Notes: a model not told the origin generated them from the letters alone. A stretch of DNA of 64,000 nt from Bacteroidetes bacterium GWA2_32_17 (GCA_001769035.1 MENF01000066.1:2389-66388), one strand, 5' to 3'. Shown: positions 23,833 through 34,748, counted from the first letter of the stretch. Made by a program: numbers and translations.

Positions 23833-25322
23833 ATAAAAAAACTTTTACACTGATTATTCTCATTCAATTATTTGTTGCCAATTCTTTCGGGCAACTTTGG
23901 TATCTCACGCGCGGACTTTCTACCGATGAATTAGCATGGGCAGTTGATGCAGATAGTACCGGAAATATCTATTGGGCAATAGAAGAAAAAAATCAGTTCC
24001 CTTATTGGTATTACAACATCATCCTTTTTAAAATTGCACCTGACGCACAGCAAATATGGCAAAGTACACCCTTTGGCTCAATATATAACGACATTGCATT
24101 TAAAACCACAGTTCATGGCTCCAGTGTCTATCTTTCAGGTAGAACCGATTCGACAGGTGCAAATAGTTCCGCCGATGGTCTTGTGCTTAGCTACAATACC
24201 AGCAATGCAGCGTTGAATTGGCAATATATCTATAGTCCTATTCCAGATTATGGCTACGAAGAAATTGACGGATTAAATGTTCAGCCCGATGGTATCTATC
24301 TCTCCGGCTGGACAAAAGGAAATACAACCGACGAAGATGTACTCCTTCAAAAAATATCACTTTCAGGTCAGCATATTTGGACAAACTATTGGGATTATGA
24401 TGGAATAGGGGCATTTGATGGTGCAAACGGACATATGGCAATGGATAACAATTTTTTGTATGTCGGTGCTCATGTCAATTTATTCGATGGCTCACTTGCT
24501 TGTTTCAGCCGCAACAATGGAGCTTATCAATGGGATGTAACATGGAGCAATTCAAACAATGACGAAGTGCTTGGACTAACAATGAGTGCCGATTCTATGC
24601 TCTATACAGTAGGTTATTATTGTCCGCCAGGTAATTCGCAAACTTGTATTAAAAAATTTACACGTGCAGGACAGCTTAAGTGGTCACACATCTGGGGCGG
24701 AACAGGGACTGAAGATGCTCGAACAATTGTTACCGATGGTGATAGCATAATATATGTAATTGGTACAACATCCAGTTATGGTAATGGTGGCAAAGATATT
24801 TTTGTATTGAAGTACGATACAACAGGAATATTAAACGATTCTATTATTTGGGGTGGTGCTTTTGACGAAGTATCTCATGATGCTGTTATGGTTGGTGATT
24901 ACATTTATATCACGGGCGAAACACAAAGCTTTGGAAATGGTCAAACAAATAGCGATCATATAGAAGATGGATTACTATTAAAAATAAATGGCAGAACCAT
25001 GCAATCGCCAGATTCAACGATGACAAATGTTACTACATTTTTTTTCAATGAACAAAGTGCAGTGAAAATTTACCCCAACCCATTCAGCCAATCTACCACA
25101 CTCGAAATTACAAACGCACAAAACCAGAAATACGATTTAAATATTTATGATGTCTTCGGCAAAACCGTTTACCAATCAATCATCAATAAATCCACTCCCC
25201 TCTCCTCCGGAGAGGGAAAGCCTGTCTTGAGCGAAGTCGAAAGAGGGGTGAAGTCAATCCTAAATCTTAATTTGCCCAATGGAATTTATTTTTTACAAAT
25301 AAAATCAGATAATTTTGCTTAA
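23829..25322 (+). CDS. SBBP-like beta-propeller protein with a truncated T9SS CTD
   Basis: Propeller repeats (WGGTGTED, DIFVLKYD); CTD ends DNFA* followed in frame by TKKLEIIK*. Confidence 0.8.
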   Translation: MNKKTFTLIILIQLFVANSFGQLWYLTRGLSTDELAWAVDADSTGNIYWAIEEKNQFPYWYYNIILFKIAPDAQQIWQSTPFGSIYNDIAFKTTVHGSSVYLSGRTDSTGANSSADGLVLSYNTSNAALNWQYIYSPIPDYGYEEIDGLNVQPDGIYLSGWTKGNTTDEDVLLQKISLSGQHIWTNYWDYDGIGAFDGANGHMAMDNNFLYVGAHVNLFDGSLACFSRNNGAYQWDVTWSNSNNDEVLGLTMSADSMLYTVGYYCPPGNSQTCIKKFTRAGQLKWSHIWGGTGTEDARTIVTDGDSIIYVIGTTSSYGNGGKDIFVLKYDTTGILNDSIIWGGAFDEVSHDAVMVGDYIYITGETQSFGNGQTNSDHIEDGLLLKINGRTMQSPDSTMTNVTTFFFNEQSAVKIYPNPFSQSTTLEITNAQNQKYDLNIYDVFGKTVYQSIINKSTPLSSGEGKPVLSEVERGVKSILNLNLPNGIYFLQIKSDNFA

Positions 25323-25345
25323 ACTAAAAAATTAGAAATAATTAA

Positions 25346-28300
25346 ATGACAAATAAAATATTACATATTGTTATTTTAATTTTTATTTCGCTACAATCAT
25401 TCTCGCAAATTGTTATAAACGAAGTATCGAGTGCCACTTATTCTAAATTTTTAGATGAAGATAACTCACAGGAAGATTGGCTCGAATTTTATAATACTAA
25501 TCCAAGTGCTATTAATTTACAGGGTTATCAAATAGTACGTGATGAAGCCGGAAAAATAAAGACATGGACATTTCCTAATATTATTATCAAAGGTAATTCA
25601 TATTTAACTGTATTTTGTTCCGAAAAAAACCGGACAACATGGTTCGACCACTGGGAAGTTCCTGTATATGCTAATAATGATTGGAAATATTTTCCTGGTA
25701 CAAGCGAACCGCCATTCAATTGGCGTACTTTAACATTTAACGATGGTTCATGGAGCAATGGTATTGGCGGGATTGGTTTTGGCGACAGCGATGATAGTAC
25801 TATTATATTACAGGTTCCTTCTCTTTATATGCGAAAAACATTTACTATTGCCGACACATCAAAAATTGCTATTGGAGCGTTGTTAATAGATTTTGACGAT
25901 GCTTTTGTTGCATATTTGAATGATGTTGAAATTGCTCGTTCAAATATCGGTATTTATGGCGACCACCCAACATTTAATACGCTTGCTTATGATGAACATG
26001 AGGCACAAATGTATCAGAACGGTAATTTTTCGGGTGGTTTTTGGATACCGGAAAATGTTATTGATGCAGCTATTAAACCCGGCTTAAATGTTTTTTCAAT
26101 TCAAACGCATAATTATATTGACGGGATGGACGATTTATCGTGTATTCCTTATTTATTAATTGGAGTTAGTGATACTACAATTACATATTATCCATTTCCG
26201 GCAATTGTCCATTTACATACTAATTTTAATTTAACTAACACCGGGCAAACTTTAACTTTAAAAAATTCAGCAGGAAATATTCTCGATTCACAAGTAATTG
26301 GCTATACCGAAATGAATCATTCACGTGGAAGAATTCCCGATGGCTCAAATAATTGGTGCATATTAAATAAACCAACACCCGATTCTACAAATAATAATTC
26401 AAATTGTTTTTTGGGATACGAAAGCCCTCCTGATTTTAATTTAGCTCCCGGATTTTACTCGTCATCAAAGCAATTAACAATTAATGGAAATTCTTCTTCT
26501 GTAATCCACTATTCCGATAATGGAAGTATTCCTGTTTCCGGTTCACCGGTTTATAATAATCTTATAACAATAAGCACAACAAAAGTTTTTCGTGCAAGGA
26601 ATTTTTCTACAAATCCTGCAATTCTGCCAAGTTCTGTAACAACTAACACATATTTTATTAATGAAAATATTTCTTTACCCGTTGTATCATTAAGTACAAA
26701 TTCCGATTATCTTTTTGACTGGAATTATGGAATTTATGTTTTGGGACCCAATGCTGACCTTTCGGCACCTCCTTTTTTTGGTGCAAACTTCTGGCAGGGA
26801 TGGTCCCGTCCTGCTCATATCGAATTTTTTGATAACAATCACAAACAAGCATTTGAACTGAATGCTGAAATTAAAATGCAGGGTAACTGGTCAAAAACAT
26901 TTCCTCAAAGAGGATTCTCAATTAAGGCAAAAGACGATTATGGCGGTTACCCGATTTCTTATAAATTATTTCCCGATAAACAAGTTACAGAATATAAAAG
27001 TTTTAACATACGTGCTGCAGGTAACGACTGGAATAGATGCCATTTTCGCGACCGCTTAAATCAAAAAACGGTACAGCTATTAACACATCTTGATATAATG
27101 GACGGAAGAGCGTGCGTTCTTTTTATTAACGGAATATACTGGGGCGTTTATGAGCTTCGTGAAAAGCAGGATAAATTTTATATTGCCAATAATAATAATG
27201 TTGACCAGGATAAAATAGATTTTCTTGAATTTGATGGCTCTGTAATTGAAGGTACCAATAAAGGTTTCCTTGATATGGTTGGCTTTATAAAAAATAACAA
27301 TATGTCGGATATTGCAAATTACGATTCTGTTAACAAAATGCTTGATATAGAAAATTTCGCCGATTATTTTATTGTTGAAACTTATATTGTAAATATTGAC
27401 TGGTTAGGTTCTTATACTAATAACATTAAATACTGGAGAACAAATAATCCTGCAGGAAAATGGCGTTATGTGCTATGGGATACAGATTTAACTCTTGGAC
27501 TTGGCAGTCCCGATACAACCAATATGCTTGAGCGTGCAATCAATCCTCCAACCAGCAATCCTCATTCGGTTATGCTTAAATCATTATTGAATAATACAGA
27601 GTTTAAAAACTATTTTGTTGACAGATATTGTGATTTGCTCAACACTATTTACCGTCCATATAAATTCAAAAAGAAAGCCGAAGCTCTGCACGATGTTATG
27701 TTACCCGAAATGGCAAGACATTTTGTGTTATGGGGAAATTTTGATTCATTACCTTTCCCATGGTCTTTATACTATCCTTACTTAGGATTGGCACCAGATA
27801 TTCCATACTGGGAAGCAAATATTGATACAATGAAAATGTTTATTGACAGTCGCCCTTTTTATGCTTTTAATCAAATTCAAAATCAATTTTCTTTATTAAA
27901 GCAGGTTAACATTACGTTAAATATTTCGCCTGCCGGAGCCGGTATTATTAAGCTTAACACAATATATCCCGATTCTTTGCCTTGGTCGGGTACATATTTC
28001 GACGGAGTTCCCATTACAATGTCTATAATTCCTAATCAGGGTTATAGATTTTTATATTGGAAATCACCAATAATTATTCAAACTCCTATAACAAATAATA
28101 CTTTAACAGTTAATGTAACAAATAACGAAGAATTTACAGCATTTTTTAAAGCAACAGATTATATTTTTGATGTGTATCCAAATCCTTTTGTTGATGAGTT
28201 TATTGTAAATTATGAAATTCCAGAAGAAAAGCAGGTCTCGTTGAAATTGTATGATGTTGTTGGTCGGGAAGTAATGGAATTAATTTCAAACAATGATTTT

Positions 28301-28429
28301 CAACAAACTGGTAATTATTCAATAACAATTGACACAAGAAAATATTCTTTATCAGATGGAATTTATTTTATTAAATTTACCACTTCTGATTTTTCTAAAA
28401 TGATAAAATTAGTTAAGACACAATTATAA
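25346..28429 (+). CDS. Lamin-tail domain + CotH kinase + T9SS CTD protein
   Basis: IVINEV, DWLEFY, YWGVYELREK, NIDW, KWRYVLWDTD, YPNP CTD. Confidence 0.85.
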   Translation: MTNKILHIVILIFISLQSFSQIVINEVSSATYSKFLDEDNSQEDWLEFYNTNPSAINLQGYQIVRDEAGKIKTWTFPNIIIKGNSYLTVFCSEKNRTTWFDHWEVPVYANNDWKYFPGTSEPPFNWRTLTFNDGSWSNGIGGIGFGDSDDSTIILQVPSLYMRKTFTIADTSKIAIGALLIDFDDAFVAYLNDVEIARSNIGIYGDHPTFNTLAYDEHEAQMYQNGNFSGGFWIPENVIDAAIKPGLNVFSIQTHNYIDGMDDLSCIPYLLIGVSDTTITYYPFPAIVHLHTNFNLTNTGQTLTLKNSAGNILDSQVIGYTEMNHSRGRIPDGSNNWCILNKPTPDSTNNNSNCFLGYESPPDFNLAPGFYSSSKQLTINGNSSSVIHYSDNGSIPVSGSPVYNNLITISTTKVFRARNFSTNPAILPSSVTTNTYFINENISLPVVSLSTNSDYLFDWNYGIYVLGPNADLSAPPFFGANFWQGWSRPAHIEFFDNNHKQAFELNAEIKMQGNWSKTFPQRGFSIKAKDDYGGYPISYKLFPDKQVTEYKSFNIRAAGNDWNRCHFRDRLNQKTVQLLTHLDIMDGRACVLFINGIYWGVYELREKQDKFYIANNNNVDQDKIDFLEFDGSVIEGTNKGFLDMVGFIKNNNMSDIANYDSVNKMLDIENFADYFIVETYIVNIDWLGSYTNNIKYWRTNNPAGKWRYVLWDTDLTLGLGSPDTTNMLERAINPPTSNPHSVMLKSLLNNTEFKNYFVDRYCDLLNTIYRPYKFKKKAEALHDVMLPEMARHFVLWGNFDSLPFPWSLYYPYLGLAPDIPYWEANIDTMKMFIDSRPFYAFNQIQNQFSLLKQVNITLNISPAGAGIIKLNTIYPDSLPWSGTYFDGVPITMSIIPNQGYRFLYWKSPIIIQTPITNNTLTVNVTNNEEFTAFFKATDYIFDVYPNPFVDEFIVNYEIPEEKQVSLKLYDVVGREVMELISNNDFQQTGNYSITIDTRKYSLSDGIYFIKFTTSDFSKMIKLVKTQL

Positions 28430-28559
28430 AATACAAAGCATTTTTATTAACAATATAATCTGATAAATTTAAAATTCATTTTTTGAATTCTAAAAACTTC
28501 ATTAAGCATAGTGTATCAAATTAGAAAAAATATGTATCTTTGTTTTATCAAAAAAATAA

Positions 28560-28787
28560 ACGCTCATCAATAAACATAAAACAATGAATTCTGACAACCG
28601 TATGACAATGAATGACTACTGAATGGCAATTGTATGACAATGAATGACTATTGAATGACAACTGTATGCTCACGAACTATAAACTCGAAACATTAAACTT
28701 TTTTTGAACAATAAACATAGAACAATAAACATAGAACAATGAACATAGAACAGTGAACAATTAACTTTTTTAAAACATTTTTAAACA
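28560..28787. repeat. Short tandem repeats upstream of the porP-like gene
   Basis: GTATGACAATGAATGACTA twice with ~32-bp period; AACAATA/AACATAG heptamers. Confidence 0.7.
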
Positions 28788-29819
28788 ATGAACAATAAAC
28801 TTTTTCAAACAGCAATTGGAGTTTTTCTAATTCCGGCTTCAATATTTGGGCAGGATATTTTATTTTCTCAGCCCAACGAAGCACCACTTATATTAAATCC
28901 CGCAAATGCAGGAATACCATACAGTATGCGTGTAACAGCAAACTATCGTTCGCAATGGCGAAGCGTAACAACACCGTTTAGTACAATTGCTGCAGGCGTT
29001 GATGGTAAAATTCTATCACAGGGGACAAAAGGTTCGTCGCTTGGTGTAGGATTAATCCTTTTTAATGACCAAGCTGGTAGTGGTCATCTTACTACAAATC
29101 AAATAAATTTGTGTGTTTCAGGAAAAGTCACCATTGCAAAATATCAGGCACTTTCGGTTGGGCTTTCTGGCGGAATTATACAAAGACGAATTGGTACAGA
29201 CAATTTAACATGGGGAGAACAATACAACGGTATTGCTTACGATCCAACCAGACTTTCAGGTGAAAGTTTTTCGGGCGATAATTTTTTAAACGGTGATTTT
29301 GGAACCGGAATACAATGGAGCTACGGAAAAGGACAAAGTACACTTTCATCAAACGACCAGTTTGGAGCACAAACTGGAATTTCAGTTTCTCATGTAAATA
29401 GTCCAAGTACAGGATTTTATCAGGTTGTTGATAAACGAGCCATTCGCTATTTATTCCATTTTAGTTGTTCTTACGGTATTAAAAACACTAATATGCAAAT
29501 TTCACCATTGTTCTTGTATGAAAGACAAGGCCCTGCACAAATGATTTATGGAGGAACATTTATTAAATACAAATTGCAGGAATCGTCGAAATATACCGAT
29601 AACATGCTATCAAAATCTATAAGTATTGGTGGCTTTTTTAGAAGCGGAGATGCTGCTGTTATTGCAGCCCAATGCGAACTCGGGCAAATAGGATTTGGTA
29701 TAAGTTACGATATTAATATTTCATCTTTAACAAACGTAAGTTCAGGCCACGGAGGTTTCGAAATTTCGTTAAAATACTTGCCAATTATTAAGTCATCTGC
29801 TCCAAATAGACTGCTTTAA
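28788..29819 (+). CDS. PorP/SprF family T9SS membrane protein
   Basis: QDILFSQ, LNPANAG, NYRSQW, GISYD, GGFEISL. Confidence 0.92.
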   Translation: MNNKLFQTAIGVFLIPASIFGQDILFSQPNEAPLILNPANAGIPYSMRVTANYRSQWRSVTTPFSTIAAGVDGKILSQGTKGSSLGVGLILFNDQAGSGHLTTNQINLCVSGKVTIAKYQALSVGLSGGIIQRRIGTDNLTWGEQYNGIAYDPTRLSGESFSGDNFLNGDFGTGIQWSYGKGQSTLSSNDQFGAQTGISVSHVNSPSTGFYQVVDKRAIRYLFHFSCSYGIKNTNMQISPLFLYERQGPAQMIYGGTFIKYKLQESSKYTDNMLSKSISIGGFFRSGDAAVIAAQCELGQIGFGISYDINISSLTNVSSGHGGFEISLKYLPIIKSSAPNRLL

Positions 29820-30045
29820 TAAAATGTATGAACTATGATTTATAAGATTAAAGGATGGTAGGATTAAAAAATTCTAAATTCGTTCACTATCGGATTAATA
29901 AATCCTATTAATCCTTGTTAAGACTATAAAAAATGGATTAGATAAAAAAACTGACACAAATTTTTTATATTGATTGATAAGAAATAATTATAACTTTGAT
30001 TTTTAATTATAAAATATTAGTTTTATAAAATTAAATTATTTTCGG

Positions 30046-32229
30046 ATGAAATTTATACCTTTATTTGTTTTATTATTTTTGCAATTTACAATTTTTGGTT
30101 ATTCCCAAAATGACACAATTTCAAAGCCTAATAAAGTAAAAACAAATAAACATAAGAAAAAAAGCAATCAAACACAATGGTCTTTTAAGGTGATTACCTT
30201 TTCTTCTCAATTTAGCAATAAAGAGAAATCGGCTAACCAGATTTTAGGAAAACCGAACGTACTTCCAATAGGAGGTTTATCTCCATGTGCATGGGCGGTA
30301 TCAAAAGATTACGATAAAACAAAGCCGACATCTATAAGAGTTGCTTTTGAAAAACCTGTTAAAGCAACACAAGTAGCAGTTGCCGAGAGCTATAAAGCTG
30401 GAGCAATCGAAAAAATAGTTTTATATGGAAACGACAATCAGGAAAAAATAGTTTATCAAAATGACCCTAAATTAATAGATATAAACTCAAGAATGTTGAA
30501 TGTTTTTTTTGAACCAACCCCCTTTGATGTAATTGAAGGAGAATTATTCCTGCAACCCAAAAAAGTATCTGATTTTGAAATTGATGCTTTTGGTATATCA
30601 GGCAATACCGATACTATTAAAGCATGTGTAAATGTGGCATTAACCATGAAATTTTCTTTTAGCAAAGAATCGTTAGGCCCTGCTATTAATACAAAACTCG
30701 ATGAAGTTGCACCCATAATTTCATCTGATGTAAAAACATTATATTTTGATAGAAAAAATTCTCCCGGAAATGTAGGGGGTGTGGATGATGAGGATGATAT
30801 TTGGTTTTCAAAAGCAGACACAAATGGGAATTGGTTGCCTGCTGTAAATATTGGCTCACCATTAAATAATAAATATAATAATTTTGTTCAATCAATTACT
30901 CCCGACGGAAATACCTTATTAATTGGAAATGTTTATAATTTAGATGGTGGTATGGCACCAGGTGCTTCTATTTCGAACAGAACAAAAGATGGATGGTCAT
31001 TCCCTGAAAAACAAAATATCAAAAATTTTAAAAATGATAATCAATTTGTAAATTACTTTTTAACAAATGACAATAAATTTTTATTAATCGCAATGGAAAA
31101 TAGTAGCAGCTACGGGGGACTAGATTTATATGTCAGTTTCAGAATCAGCGAAAATAATTGGTCTGAACCTCAAAATCTGGGAGTTGTTGTTAATACTGCT
31201 GCCAATGATTATAGTCCATTTTTAGCATCAGATGGCGTTACTCTATATTATTCAACATCAGGCATCAGTGGCTATGGTAAAGAAGATGTTTTTATGACCC
31301 GCCGCCTTGATGATTCATGGTTAAACTGGTCTGAACCGCAAAATCTTGGTAATGAATTTAACACAAAAGGGTCTGAAACTAAATTTACAATACCCGCATC
31401 AGGTGAACATATTTACTTTTCATCAACAGAAAATTCGATAGGACTTAATGATTTTTTTAGAATAAAACTACCCGAAGAAGTACAACCAGTTGACATAACA
31501 ATTCATAATGTAGAAATAGGAAATACTAAATTTGCATATAATGCTGTTCCTTTTAAATCGTCTTTTGATAGTTTAAAAGGGGTGGTTCGAAATGATTTGA
31601 ATGAAAAAAATATTAATAAAGCAACTTTATATTTAATAGATACTCTTACCGGAGACACTATTGCATATTCAACTACCAATGATAACGGCAAATTTGAAAT
31701 GACCGTACCTAAAAGAGACGATGAATCTATTGACGAAAGAGATTTACAACTTGTTATTGTAGGCGATGGTTATGAAAAGAAGGTAATTAATATAGACGCT
31801 CAATATTTTGAATCGGAATATCTGATTATTGGCAATGTTGATACAAAAATGAAAGTTGAAATGAAAATTGAAAAAGTTATAGAATTTCATAATATTTACT
31901 TCGATTATGGAAAGGCTGAATTAAACCAAAATTCTATATCTGTATTAGATAAAATAGTGCAAATTATGAATGAAAATAAAAAAATGGTTATTGAATTAAG
32001 CGCTCATACAGACTGCCAGTCGAGTTCCGATTTTAACCTTAATCTTTCTCAAAAAAGAGCAACTAATGCAAAAAACTATATTATTTCAAATGGGATAAGT
32101 CAGGATAGAATTGTTGCCAAAGGTTATGGTAAAACACATCTCCTTACTCATTGTAATTGCCTTACATGTACCGAAGATGAACATGCACTTAACAGGAGAA
32201 TTGAAGTTAAAATTTTAAAAATGCAATAA
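30046..32229 (+). CDS. OmpA-family protein with PD40 repeats (PorE-like)
   Basis: PD40/WD40-like repeats; C-terminal NIYFDYGK, ELSAHTD, LSQKRA, NRRIE. Confidence 0.85.
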   Translation: MKFIPLFVLLFLQFTIFGYSQNDTISKPNKVKTNKHKKKSNQTQWSFKVITFSSQFSNKEKSANQILGKPNVLPIGGLSPCAWAVSKDYDKTKPTSIRVAFEKPVKATQVAVAESYKAGAIEKIVLYGNDNQEKIVYQNDPKLIDINSRMLNVFFEPTPFDVIEGELFLQPKKVSDFEIDAFGISGNTDTIKACVNVALTMKFSFSKESLGPAINTKLDEVAPIISSDVKTLYFDRKNSPGNVGGVDDEDDIWFSKADTNGNWLPAVNIGSPLNNKYNNFVQSITPDGNTLLIGNVYNLDGGMAPGASISNRTKDGWSFPEKQNIKNFKNDNQFVNYFLTNDNKFLLIAMENSSSYGGLDLYVSFRISENNWSEPQNLGVVVNTAANDYSPFLASDGVTLYYSTSGISGYGKEDVFMTRRLDDSWLNWSEPQNLGNEFNTKGSETKFTIPASGEHIYFSSTENSIGLNDFFRIKLPEEVQPVDITIHNVEIGNTKFAYNAVPFKSSFDSLKGVVRNDLNEKNINKATLYLIDTLTGDTIAYSTTNDNGKFEMTVPKRDDESIDERDLQLVIVGDGYEKKVINIDAQYFESEYLIIGNVDTKMKVEMKIEKVIEFHNIYFDYGKAELNQNSISVLDKIVQIMNENKKMVIELSAHTDCQSSSDFNLNLSQKRATNAKNYIISNGISQDRIVAKGYGKTHLLTHCNCLTCTEDEHALNRRIEVKILKMQ

Positions 32230-32269
32230 TTAGTGGCTGTCCATAATATCGTAATAATAGTAAAAAGCC

Positions 32270-32400
32270 CAAAATACCAAATTCCAAATACCAAATACCA
32301 AGTTTGGGGCTTGAGATTTGGGGCTTGAGATTTGGGGTTTGGGGCTTGTGGTTTATGGTTTTGAAAACCTGAAACTTCAAACTTGAAACTTCAAACTTGA
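32270..32400. repeat. Inverted heptamer tracts
   Basis: AAATACC repeats, then TTGGGGC/TTGAGAT repeats, then AAACTTS repeats. Confidence 0.75.
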
Positions 32401-34607
32401 AACTATTTTTTTATGTTCATTGTTTATTGTTTTTACAATTTATTTCGTATTTTTGTATTAATAGTTTTTTAGTTATTTCAAATAAATGTGTCCCAATTAT
32501 GTGCTTTAAAACATTCAAAACTTTATCAACTGGTTTTTTTATTGTATTATTAGGATGTAGTGTGTCTTGTTATGGACAAACTTTATCGGACAGTATGCAA
32601 AAAGTGCTGGATAAAAAAACTGATACCGAGAAAATAGAATTTCTGAACAACCTTGCTGAAAAAAACATTAAAACTTCGCCCGAAAAAAGTATTGATTACG
32701 CAAACCAGTCACTTGAAATATCAAAGAACATCAAAAATCGCAATGCTGAACTTAATTCATTGCTTATTCTAGGAAAAGCCCTAAAGAGAGTGGGTAAATA
32801 TTCCGAAAGTATAAACAACTTTCAGAAATCTTTAGATATTTATATAGCAGCAAACCATAAAGAGGGTAAAGCTTATTGCTACAGTGAAATCGGAGATCTT
32901 TATAAAAACCTTAATCAATATAACAACGCTCTTGAAGACTTATCTAACGCATTAAAATTATATCAGGAATTAAAAGATAATAAAAATACGAATCTAACTT
33001 TAAATAGTATTGGCAATGTTTATTCTAAATCTCAGAATTATCAGAAAGCAATAGAATATTATAACAAAGTGCTTACACAAATTGAAACATCCGGAGATAA
33101 TAAGGGAATCACAGTAATAAATAGCCAAATAGGTGCTTCTTATGCAAACTGGGGAAATTACGAAGAAGCTTTAAAATATCTTGAGAAAGCAAAAAAAATT
33201 GCCGAAACAAACAATTACACTCAATTAGTTTCATCTATTACTAAAAATATTAGCGACATACAATACAATATTTCAATCAACGAAAAAAATACAACCAACT
33301 TTGATAAAGAAAAAAATGCTGAACAACAACAATATTTATCGTCTTTAGAAACCGAAAATTTAGTGGCTAAAAATAAAAATCTGAAATCGTTTGAAGAAAT
33401 TGAAAAATTAAGTTTCGAAAATCAGGCTAAAGAATTAAAGCTGCATGTAATACAAGAAAATTTAGAAAAACAGGTATTAGAAAAAAAACAAAAAGAGCAA
33501 AACATTAAATTGCTTAATACAAACAATAAATTAATTCAGACAGAACTTTCAAAAGAACAGGATAAACTTAAAAATCAGAAAAAAATACTGTTTATAATCC
33601 TTTCAGCCTTTTGTATTGTTTTTGTTTTACTCGTATTCATCTTCCGATTATTCTTATTTAAGAAAAAATCGCTGGTTCTGTTAGAAAGCCAACATCAGGA
33701 AATTTTAATCCAAAAAGAAGAAATTGAAACTCAAAATGAAAATATGGTAATGATTAATGAGGAGCTTCAAAATAAAAATATTTTAATAATAGATAGTATA
33801 AATTATGCTAAACGAATACAAAACGCAGTTTTACCAAGTGATGAATATGTTAATAAATTGTTAGTACAGTCGGGTTTTAATAATGCAAGGTTTTTTATTC
33901 TTTTTAAACCCAAAGACATAGTAAGTGGCGACTTCTACTGGATGGTAAAAACCAGCGATTATTTATTTACCGCTGTAGCCGATTGTACAGGACATGGCGT
34001 ACCAGGCGGTTTTATGAGTATGATTGGAATTTCACTGCTAAATGAAATAGTAAAAGGAAAAAATATTTTATGCCCGGCTGAAATACTTAATGAATTAAAT
34101 ACGTCTATCATTAATTCTCTTAATCAGACATTCGGAAATTCCAACGATAGCAATGAAATAGTTACCGACGGTATGGAAATATCAATATGCAGAATTGAAC
34201 CTAATTCACACGAAATGCAAATTGCTGTAGCAGGACAAACTGTTTTTATTATAAATAACGACACTTTTAAAGAAATAGATGGTACATTTTATAGTATTGG
34301 CGACCCTATTATAGCAAAACGAAATCTTGCATTTCAGAAACAAATAATTACAACAAGTAATAATGATATAATATATATGTTTTCTGATGGTTTATCCGAC
34401 CAATTTGGTGGATTAGAAGAGCAAAAATTTATGCAAAGTAATTTCAAAAATTTATTATTATCAATAAATACCAAGCCCTTAGAAGAACAAATGGCAATAA
34501 TTAACACAACAATTGAAAAGTGGATGTCGAACGTTAATGCATCTACTCAGAAAGCATATAAGCAAACAGATGATATTACTGTAATAGGGCTAAAAATTGG
34601 TTATTAA
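32397..34607 (+). CDS. Periplasmic TPR sensor-TM-SpoIIE (PP2C) phosphatase, SiaA-like
   Basis: TPR repeats, TM helix, SINYAKRIQ, KPKDIVSGDFYW, DCTGHGVPG, SDG, QTDDI; real start probably further downstream. Confidence 0.88.
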   Translation: MKLFFYVHCLLFLQFISYFCINSFLVISNKCVPIMCFKTFKTLSTGFFIVLLGCSVSCYGQTLSDSMQKVLDKKTDTEKIEFLNNLAEKNIKTSPEKSIDYANQSLEISKNIKNRNAELNSLLILGKALKRVGKYSESINNFQKSLDIYIAANHKEGKAYCYSEIGDLYKNLNQYNNALEDLSNALKLYQELKDNKNTNLTLNSIGNVYSKSQNYQKAIEYYNKVLTQIETSGDNKGITVINSQIGASYANWGNYEEALKYLEKAKKIAETNNYTQLVSSITKNISDIQYNISINEKNTTNFDKEKNAEQQQYLSSLETENLVAKNKNLKSFEEIEKLSFENQAKELKLHVIQENLEKQVLEKKQKEQNIKLLNTNNKLIQTELSKEQDKLKNQKKILFIILSAFCIVFVLLVFIFRLFLFKKKSLVLLESQHQEILIQKEEIETQNENMVMINEELQNKNILIIDSINYAKRIQNAVLPSDEYVNKLLVQSGFNNARFFILFKPKDIVSGDFYWMVKTSDYLFTAVADCTGHGVPGGFMSMIGISLLNEIVKGKNILCPAEILNELNTSIINSLNQTFGNSNDSNEIVTDGMEISICRIEPNSHEMQIAVAGQTVFIINNDTFKEIDGTFYSIGDPIIAKRNLAFQKQIITTSNNDIIYMFSDGLSDQFGGLEEQKFMQSNFKNLLLSINTKPLEEQMAIINTTIEKWMSNVNASTQKAYKQTDDITVIGLKIGY

Positions 34608-34748
34608 AAAATGAAAAACAAAAAAAACTTTATATTTTACAAACTTTTTACTAATTTGCGGCAAAAATTTAATGACGGTGTAGTTACAATAAATAATGCA
34701 GTAGGCAGTAAGAACGATGAACAATAAATATTAATAAAAATTTGTATT

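Noticed and set aside
17914-25349. Diversity-generating retroelement (TR/VR) explanation for the repeated 3' modules
   Set aside because: No reverse transcriptase in the window, and differences are not confined to adenines.
28590-28670. Possible mini-CRISPR
   Set aside because: Adjacent tandem units with no unique spacers; no cas genes.
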